Below the pieces are notes generated by a model, which saw nothing but the letters and a program-made list of their open reading frames with translations, had not been told where the DNA came from and searched no databases. Made by a program: the position numbers and the translations under genes. Source: a virus (Duplodnaviria; Heunggongvirae; Uroviricota; Caudoviricetes). Taken from it: a stretch of 22,471 nt of DNA. The first letter of the stretch is position 1. The number at the start of each line of letters is the position of its first letter. This document shows, one piece after another, positions 17,128 to 22,471 of the stretch. The stretch lies in the IMG/VR virus record IMGVR_UViG_2778261136_000010; one strand, written 5' to 3'.

Positions 17128-17981
17128 ACACGCACCTCGTACAAAGCAGAACTATCCACACCACGCGAAGGATCAAATCCCATCCAGCAGCGCGGCCCGG
17201 AAACAGCAATGATTTCTGTTGCAGATTTACTCTCGCCAGCTACCACGCCGATGCTGCGTTTTGCCTTGATGTAGTGGTGAGTGAAATTGCGATACAGCGA
17301 ACGAATCAGGGATGTGTCACTGTTAGAAACAATGACCGGATGACCTTCAGATGATCGATGTTCAAGAACGGATGCCAGGTGATACTGGTCATCCTCAGTG
17401 AAGCCATCAGTGTGATAGCCGGAAAACGTACCGTCATAAGGCGGATCGCAATACACCACATCCCCCGCCTTCAACATCGCCAGCGTTTCATCAAAGCTGG
17501 CGCAGATAAACGTTGCTCGCTGGGCTTTCTCTGCAAATGCGCGAATTTCTTTTTCAGGGAAATACGGATTTTTATAATTACCGTAGGGAATGTTGAAATG
17601 CCCGCTCTTGTTATAGCGACATAAACCACGGTAACCGTGACGATTGAGATACAGGAAATATATCGCCTTCATGAAATCAGTAATTTCAGTTGAGTAATTA
17701 AACTCCTGCCTTATGTTGTAATAAGCCAGCTCACTGTTTGCTTCCTCAAATAAAGCTCTGGCACGAGATATAAACGCCTCGCAATCAGCAGCAACCTTTT
17801 TATAGAGGTTGATTAAATCAGGATTAATATCCGCAACCAGATAGCTGGGATAATCCGTCTCCATCATCACAGCACAGGAACCCGCGAAAGGTTCAACCAG
17901 TCGCGGGCCAGCAGGAAGATGTTTTTTCAGTTCGGACATAATTGCGGTTTTATTTCCCGCCCATTTCAGGATGGTGCTCAT
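17124..17981 (-). CDS. dam: DNA adenine methyltransferase (Dam family, GATC-type N6-adenine MTase)
   Basis: Start placed at ATG 17981 ([11 protein letters not shown]...) with a GGAGGTG Shine-Dalgarno; motif I FAGSCAV, motif IV DPPY; aligns by eye along its length with E. coli Dam. Stop overlaps the A start (ATGA). The ORF track extends to a TTG at 18041. Confidence 0.9.
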   Translation of the reverse strand: MSTILKWAGNKTAIMSELKKHLPAGPRLVEPFAGSCAVMMETDYPSYLVADINPDLINLYKKVAADCEAFISRARALFEEANSELAYYNIRQEFNYSTEITDFMKAIYFLYLNRHGYRGLCRYNKSGHFNIPYGNYKNPYFPEKEIRAFAEKAQRATFICASFDETLAMLKAGDVVYCDPPYDGTFSGYHTDGFTEDDQYHLASVLEHRSSEGHPVIVSNSDTSLIRSLYRNFTHHYIKAKRSIGVVAGESKSATEIIAVSGPRCWMGFDPSRGVDSSALYEVRV

Positions 17982-18205
17982 ACAGCACCTCCGTTGTAAT
18001 GTTTGCCTTTCAGCTCTGCGATTTCCTGACAGATAATGCAAAGCTGCACTCCAGGAATGGCGCGGCGGCGTGCTGGCGGAATTGGTGCTTCACATTCAAT
18101 GCAAAGCACGCGAGACACGCCCGGTGTTTTGGCACGGGCAGCACGGATATGGCGCTGGCGTTCTTCTTCAACGCGCTGCTGTACGAGATCCATTGCATCA
18201 GCCAT
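17978..18205 (-). CDS. TraR/DksA-family C4 zinc-finger protein
   Basis: 75 aa; CIECEAPIPPARRRAIPGVQLCIICQ resembles F-plasmid TraR (CEACGNPIPEARRKIFPGVTLCVECQ). Stop overlaps the dam ATG. Confidence 0.85.
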   Translation of the reverse strand: MADAMDLVQQRVEEERQRHIRAARAKTPGVSRVLCIECEAPIPPARRRAIPGVQLCIICQEIAELKGKHYNGGAV

Positions 18206-18438
18206 TAGTGGATCTCCTGCGCTTCGTTCTGGATTGCTTCAGCGGTCACACGCAGCAGTTCTGCTGCTTCGACGTGGTTTAGCTGGCGGGATGTGATATG
18301 ACACGCCAGGCTATCAAGGCGGGCAGCCATTGCCTCAGCCCTTGCCCGACGTTCTTCAAGACGGGCCTCTGTCAGTAAAAGATTAAGACCTGCATCATCC
18401 GGTCCGGTTTTAGTCGTGAGGGTTTCAATATTACGCAT
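18205..18438 (-). CDS. Hypothetical small early protein
   Basis: Start placed at ATG 18438 (MRNIETLTTK...) with an AGGAGA Shine-Dalgarno; 77 aa; stop overlaps the downstream gene start. No motif recognised. Confidence 0.5.
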   Translation of the reverse strand: MRNIETLTTKTGPDDAGLNLLLTEARLEERRARAEAMAARLDSLACHITSRQLNHVEAAELLRVTAEAIQNEAQEIH

Positions 18439-18505
18439 AATCAATTCTCCTGAATTTAGATAAAGGGATGCCCGGCGGGTTTACGCCACGAATTTCATTA
18501 ATTGG

Positions 18506-18847
18506 TTAATTCGGCATGGTTAGCCGTCTGGGAAATAAGCTCACCACTGCACGAAAATGATTCATTGCTTTAATCAGCTCCCGCTTTTCGTCAGTGGTCA
18601 GCTCATTAATGCTGATGCTATGACGTTCAGCTGGAATTTTTGCCATAAAGAATATGGCAGCCAGTGCCCGTTTATTTTGTTCATTATTGATATCCCGTGG
18701 ATCACGCATATCTTTAATAAACCGCTCAAGCTCTGACTCAATATTCAGGCCAAACACTTTCGCCCTTAACTCCGCAATGTGATTAAGTCCATTCAGGCGT
18801 TCACCGGGGCTTAATGGAACAGTCGCCGCAGCGCCTTCAATAGCCAT
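18506..18847 (-). CDS. Hypothetical early protein (113 aa)
   Basis: ATG at 18847; protein-like composition; weak Shine-Dalgarno. Function unknown. Confidence 0.5.
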   Translation of the reverse strand: MAIEGAAATVPLSPGERLNGLNHIAELRAKVFGLNIESELERFIKDMRDPRDINNEQNKRALAAIFFMAKIPAERHSISINELTTDEKRELIKAMNHFRAVVSLFPRRLTMPN

Positions 18848-18928
18848 TTACGCATCCCACAACACATCTACTAAAAAATTTTTGATATGATCCATTACCA
18901 ACATATTGATAGCTAGAAGGAATCATCA

Positions 18929-19177
18929 ATGTTGAACCCGGTTGAAAGAGAGCGTATAGAGCAACTTGAAAACGAGATCTCCAGTCTTCGCGATGAGGTT
19001 GCTGTTCAACGAATTCTTGTTTCAGGTCTGATCCACTCCTTATTTCGAACTGACTCAGCAAATCAATCTGCATTTTTTGAGCTCCTCCGCGAAGAATTAA
19101 ACAAACTTCCTTTAGGTTCGGTTAAACAACAAGAATTCACTCATCTGATACAGACACTGATAGATCGTTATCGATAA
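18929..19177 (+). CDS. Hypothetical small coiled-coil protein (82 aa) on the strand opposite the early operon; moron candidate
   Basis: ATG at 18929 with AGAAGGAA 6 nt upstream; heptad-like sequence (ERERIEQLENEISSLRDEVAVQRIL); AT-rich. An antisense 78-aa minus ORF (18837-19073) with its own GGAGGAG is the alternative reading; only one is likely real. Confidence 0.4.
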   Translation: MLNPVERERIEQLENEISSLRDEVAVQRILVSGLIHSLFRTDSANQSAFFELLREELNKLPLGSVKQQEFTHLIQTLIDRYR

Positions 19178-19392
19178 ATATTTCGCCGATAACGTTCAAG
19201 AGGTGATGTCTTTATACGCATCACTTCTTGTACTTTTTCACCACGTATAAAGGTTCCATCCTTTAGCGTGAAAAAGTAGCTACCATCGCCCGACAACGAC
19301 GGATAGCAACAGAGCAAATCATCTTCAGGTACTGAATAATTCTCCCCTCTGTAACGAAAGTGATAAACCACTTCATTTTCTGCCGCATACAT
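19168..19392 (-). CDS. Hypothetical early protein (74 aa)
   Basis: ATG at 19392 preceded by a GGAGAAAG Shine-Dalgarno; an in-frame TGA 11 codons upstream shows it is a separate ORF. Confidence 0.55.
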   Translation of the reverse strand: MYAAENEVVYHFRYRGENYSVPEDDLLCCYPSLSGDGSYFFTLKDGTFIRGEKVQEVMRIKTSPLERYRRNIYR

Positions 19393-19559
19393 TTGGACTT
19401 TCTCCGTTTCCTCGAGGTCAATTCAGACAGCAATTCATCTTGTGAACGGCACGGGTGCCAGCGTTTACCATCCTCACCCATGATCCAGCCGTGACCGTAG
19501 TGCATTGCCGGGCTTTGTTTTACCAGCAGCGATGCAAATGATGGTTCTTTCGTCAGCAT
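19263..19559 (-). CDS. Hypothetical early protein immediately downstream of cII (3' end uncertain)
   Basis: ATG at 19559 with a GAGGTG Shine-Dalgarno, 8 nt after the cII stop. N-terminal ~55 residues look protein-like; the last ~40 codons overlap the next gene and are Cys/Arg/Met-rich, so the true stop may differ. Confidence 0.45.
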   Translation of the reverse strand: MLTKEPSFASLLVKQSPAMHYGHGWIMGEDGKRWHPCRSQDELLSELTSRKRRKSKCMRQKMKWFITFVTEGRIIQYLKMICSVAIRRCRAMVATFSR

Positions 19560-19566
19560 AAGCACC

Positions 19567-20076
19567 TCACAGCAAACCGAATGAAGCACCAAGGCCGGTC
19601 ACGGTATCAACTGCACTCGCCATCGCAGGATTAGCCTGTAAACGGGCCTGCAATGAAACAGCCGCCAGCGCCATCAGTCGTGTTACAGAGTTAATGCTGC
19701 TGATAGCATCACGACGACCGGCACAGGTTTTTACATCGCCAGATACCGCACCTGCAGCAACACGCCCGATCTCTGCAGTTGCACTCATGACGTAATGTGG
19801 CAGTTTCTCTTTTGCCACCTCATTAATCGGTACACATGGCAGACAATGAATCTGTGCCAGAAAACCATCTACCAACGTTGAATCTTCAGTCAGATCGGTA
19901 AGCAGCCAGATTTCTGGTGCGGTTAATAAATGAGGTTGAGCTGGGTTCAGCTTGTTCCGCAGAATCTGCACATTCATGCCCGCACGTTCTGCCAGTTGCA
20001 CCAGGTTGTGGCGCAGTGCGAATTCACGACAGGCTTCATCAAAATGTGGATGTTTGGAAACTTGGTAATCAAACAT
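19567..20076 (-). CDS. cII: CII-like lysogeny establishment regulator (186 CII homologue)
   Basis: Start placed at ATG 20076, giving 169 aa ([15 protein letters not shown]...[15 protein letters not shown]...). Length and sequence match my recollection of phage 186 CII. The ORF track gives a TTG at 20082. Confidence 0.85.
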   Translation of the reverse strand: MFDYQVSKHPHFDEACREFALRHNLVQLAERAGMNVQILRNKLNPAQPHLLTAPEIWLLTDLTEDSTLVDGFLAQIHCLPCVPINEVAKEKLPHYVMSATAEIGRVAAGAVSGDVKTCAGRRDAISSINSVTRLMALAAVSLQARLQANPAMASAVDTVTGLGASFGLL

Positions 20077-20108
20077 GGTCAATGCCTCTGATGTATCTCA
20101 GAATCGAA

Positions 20109-20330
20109 CTAATTAAGGTTTAGATTGCATTCTGAAAGCGCATCAACGGTCATGGCTGCTATGTTGATCATCACTTTTTCGCGTTTTTTATCTTTGCGCA
20201 GACGGTGACGGATAAGGCGTCCGTCAGCCAACATGTCATTGATGGTATCGATGGACAGCCCTGTCAGCTCGCTATAGCGTTCAATAGTCACATGAGGCGT
20301 GGTAAGAGTGATTGAAATGTTAGGTCTCAT
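20109..20330 (-). CDS. apl: Apl/Cox-like excisionase and lytic-promoter regulator
   Basis: 73 aa, ATG at 20330 with a GAGGAA Shine-Dalgarno; HTH-like [23 protein letters not shown]; divergent from cI, first gene of the early operon. Confidence 0.75.
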   Translation of the reverse strand: MRPNISITLTTPHVTIERYSELTGLSIDTINDMLADGRLIRHRLRKDKKREKVMINIAAMTVDALSECNLNLN

Positions 20331-20455
20331 GATGCAACATTCCTCGTTTAATGATGATTAATCAGGACGAATACGGATCGTTTGTATTTTGTGAACACCA
20401 TAAACATACGATCGCACAATGAAATCGTCAAGATAAAAGTTCACTTGGAGTGACC
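20331..20455. promoter_or_regulatory. Lysis/lysogeny switch region between apl and cI
   Basis: Candidate apl promoter on minus: TTGACG (20431-20426), 17-nt spacer, TATGTT (20408-20403). Candidate cI promoter on plus: TGAACA (20392-20397), 17 nt, CACAAT (20415-20420). These are assignments by eye; operator sites not resolved. Confidence 0.45.
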
Positions 20456-21025
20456 ATGAATTTGGAGAAAGGCGGACGAGGCGCTATAGAGCGCATGGTA
20501 GAAGCTTATGGATTCAAAACTCGACAGGCGTTGTGCGATCATTTAGGAATCTCTAAAAGTACACTCGCCACACGCTACATGCGTGACTCATTCCCAGCAG
20601 AATGGGTAATCCAGTGCGCCCTTGAAACGGGCACCTCGCTTAATTGGCTCACAACCGGACATGGTTCAAAGCAAACTTCAGGTAATACAAATACTATGGA
20701 AGTTGCTAAATATGTATTATCTGATGGTGCCTTGCGTGAAGACAGTTTTTATATTTTTGATAAGGGATTTCTACCCTCTACGTTTAAAAAACCTTTTGTC
20801 ATCACAGATAACAATTCTGAATTTATTTGTGATAAAGAATTTGATGATATACGTGATGGTAAATGGGTAATAAGTATTGATGGCGAAATAACAATCCGCG
20901 ACATTACTCGTTTACCCGGTGGAAGAATCTTCGTTGAAGGTGGAAACAGAGCCTTCGAGTGCAAGATAGAAGATGTTGAAATAATTGGAAAAATTATAAG
21001 TTTAACAATTAAGTACGTTAGGTAA
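20456..21025 (+). CDS. cI: CI immunity repressor (186-type)
   Basis: Start placed at ATG 20456 with GGAG upstream, giving 189 aa; N-terminal HTH (TRQALCDHLGISKSTLATRYMRD). The ORF track gives a GTG at 20450. Confidence 0.85.
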   Translation: MNLEKGGRGAIERMVEAYGFKTRQALCDHLGISKSTLATRYMRDSFPAEWVIQCALETGTSLNWLTTGHGSKQTSGNTNTMEVAKYVLSDGALREDSFYIFDKGFLPSTFKKPFVITDNNSEFICDKEFDDIRDGKWVISIDGEITIRDITRLPGGRIFVEGGNRAFECKIEDVEIIGKIISLTIKYVR

Positions 21026-21040
21026 TACCGGGAGGAAACT

Positions 21041-21232
21041 ATGCTTGGTAAGGTATTTTTTGTGGTTTTATCATGCTCTTTGTTATTAAACCCACTAACT
21101 ACCTATGCTAAAAATTATCCTTGTTCTGGGAAAAAGGGAGGTGTCTCTCACTGTACCTCCGATGGTAAGTTCGTTTGCAATGATGGAACTATTAGTAAAT
21201 CAAAAAAAATCTGTACTAAAAACTCGCGATAA
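21041..21232 (+). CDS. Small secreted cysteine-rich protein (63 aa), moron candidate between cI and int
   Basis: ATG at 21041 with a strong GGGAGG Shine-Dalgarno; signal peptide [23 protein letters not shown]; ~40-aa mature peptide with 4 Cys; AT-rich. Confidence 0.55.
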   Translation: MLGKVFFVVLSCSLLLNPLTTYAKNYPCSGKKGGVSHCTSDGKFVCNDGTISKSKKICTKNSR

Positions 21233-21365
21233 TTTTTGCTTTTATATCTGCGCCTAATATAACAATGAGGCGCAGGCTAACCACAAAAGTTACATACTCA
21301 CATAACAAAAAATAGCCAACTTCATTATGGCTTCAGTGAGATGTATGGTCGCGGGATTTCATACA

Positions 21366-21394
21366 TTGACACTGGTTATATATACAGTAAAAAT
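21366..21394 (+). promoter_or_regulatory. Candidate int promoter with an overlapping LexA-box-like palindrome
   Basis: Seen: perfect -35 TTGACA (21366-21371), then CTGGTTATATATACAG (21372-21387), which is CTGT-N8-ACAG with one mismatch, then a TAAAAA -10-like hexamer. GGAGG at 21405-21409 and int ATG at 21419. Confidence 0.3.
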
Positions 21395-21418
21395 GCTCTC
21401 CACTGGAGGGCATTTTTT

Positions 21419-22471
21419 ATGGCAGTACGAAAACTCACCACAGGAAAATGGCTTTGCGAATGTTACCCCGCCGGACGTAGTGGACGTCGTGTGCGTAAAC
21501 AATTCGCCACCAAAGGCGAAGCTCTGGCTTTTGAGCGTCACACGATGGAAGAAACCGAAGCAAAGCCCTGGCTGGGTGAATCAGTAGATCGTCGAACACT
21601 GAAAGACGTGGTTGAGCTATGGTTCAAACTACATGGTAAATCACTGACTGCTGGGCAGCATGTCTATGACAAATTGCTGCTGATGGTTGACGCTCTGGGC
21701 AATCCCCTTGCAACTGATCTCACATCTAAAATGTTTGCCCACTATCGAGATAAACGCCTGACAGGTGAGATCTACTTCAGCGAGAAATGGAAGAAAGGAG
21801 CCAGCCCGGTCACCATTAACCTGGAGCAAAGCTATCTAAGTAGTGTTTTTAGCGAACTATCCCGCCTGGGCGAATGGTCGTATCCAAACCCACTGGAGAA
21901 CATGCGAAAATTCACCATCGCAGAAAAAGAGATGGCATGGCTTACCCATGAGCAGATTGTTGAACTGCTGGCTGATTGCAAACGTCAGGACCCAATTCTG
22001 GCACTGGTAGTTAAGATATGCTTAAGCACAGGCGCACGCTGGCGTGAAGCCGTAAATCTTACCCGCTCACAGGTGACCAAATACCGAATTACCTTTGTAA
22101 GAACGAAGGGGAAGAAAAACAGAAGCATCCCTATCAGTAAAGAGCTTTACGAAGAGATCATGGCGCTTGATGGGTTCAATTTCTTCACAGACTGCTATTT
22201 TCAATTTTTATCCGTAATGGAAAAAACGTCTATCGTGCTCCCTCGCGGTCAACTGACACACGTTCTGCGCCATACGTTTGCGGCGCATTTCATGATATCG
22301 GGTGGAAATATCCTTGCTTTGCAAAAAATCCTCGGACATCACGATATAAAAATGACTATGCGTTACGCTCATCTGGCACCGGATTATCTGGAAACGGCGC
22401 TCCGTTTCAATCCTCTGGCAACGCTGCCAAGTGGCGACAAAGTGGCGGCAGCGGTTGGCATTACCCCGTAA
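21419..22471 (+). CDS. int: Tyrosine integrase (P2/186 Int family)
   Basis: Start placed at ATG 21419 (MAVRKLTTGKWLCECYPAGRSGRRVRKQF...), ~350 aa; C-terminal catalytic motifs HVLRHTFAAHF...LGHHDIKMTMRYAHL. Stop TAA is the last 3 nt of the window. The ORF track extends to 21341. Confidence 0.9.
   Translation: MAVRKLTTGKWLCECYPAGRSGRRVRKQFATKGEALAFERHTMEETEAKPWLGESVDRRTLKDVVELWFKLHGKSLTAGQHVYDKLLLMVDALGNPLATDLTSKMFAHYRDKRLTGEIYFSEKWKKGASPVTINLEQSYLSSVFSELSRLGEWSYPNPLENMRKFTIAEKEMAWLTHEQIVELLADCKRQDPILALVVKICLSTGARWREAVNLTRSQVTKYRITFVRTKGKKNRSIPISKELYEEIMALDGFNFFTDCYFQFLSVMEKTSIVLPRGQLTHVLRHTFAAHFMISGGNILALQKILGHHDIKMTMRYAHLAPDYLETALRFNPLATLPSGDKVAAAVGITP

Larger units (their letters stand above)
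1..22471. mobile_element. P2/186-family temperate prophage, internal segment from tail fibre H to integrase; neither attachment site is inside the window
   Basis: Gene order and orientation match the P2 map reversed: H I J W V S R lysC lysB lysA K Y X L M N O on minus, P Q on plus, then A on minus and cI-int on plus. Protein translations recognised by eye as P2/186 homologues. Confidence 0.9.

Noticed and set aside
20331-20455. Attempt to assign face-to-face (convergent) lytic and lysogenic promoters as in 186
   Set aside because: The best -35/-10 pairs found by eye are divergent rather than convergent. Promoter assignment here is too uncertain without alignment or transcript mapping, so only a general switch region is annotated.
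21327-21587. 86-aa plus ORF overlapping the int start, and the extended int start at 21341
   Set aside because: Out of frame with int, or an N-terminal extension lacking a ribosome-binding site. The MAVRKLTTGKW start at 21419 matches P2-type integrase N-termini and has GGAGG upstream.

Overview
This window is an internal ~22.5 kb slice of a P2/186-family temperate prophage from an enterobacterium, lying reversed relative to the canonical P2 map. All calls rest on reading the ORF translations and motifs by eye; no database search was run. Minus strand, left to right: the 5' part of tail fibre gene H (runs off the window start), baseplate genes I-J-W-V, tail completion S and R, a lysis cassette (spanin pair lysC nested in lysB, lysA, SAR-type endolysin, 71-aa holin), X, head completion L, small terminase M, major capsid N, scaffold O. 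Plus strand: large terminase P and portal Q. Then comes the cos-proximal variable interval: an AT-rich 474-aa P-loop NTPase of unrecognised family, convergent with Q and with its own terminator; a candidate cos site; and a LexA-box-controlled two-ORF operon ending in a DinI-like (Tum-like) protein. Further right are replication gene A, a translationally coupled Dam methyltransferase, a TraR/DksA-like zinc finger, several small early ORFs, a 186-type immunity region (cII, apl, cI), a small secreted cysteine-rich moron, and a tyrosine integrase ending at the last base of the window. The strongest candidate for an undescribed system is the P-loop NTPase cargo gene between cos and Q, in the interval where P2 carries tin/old.
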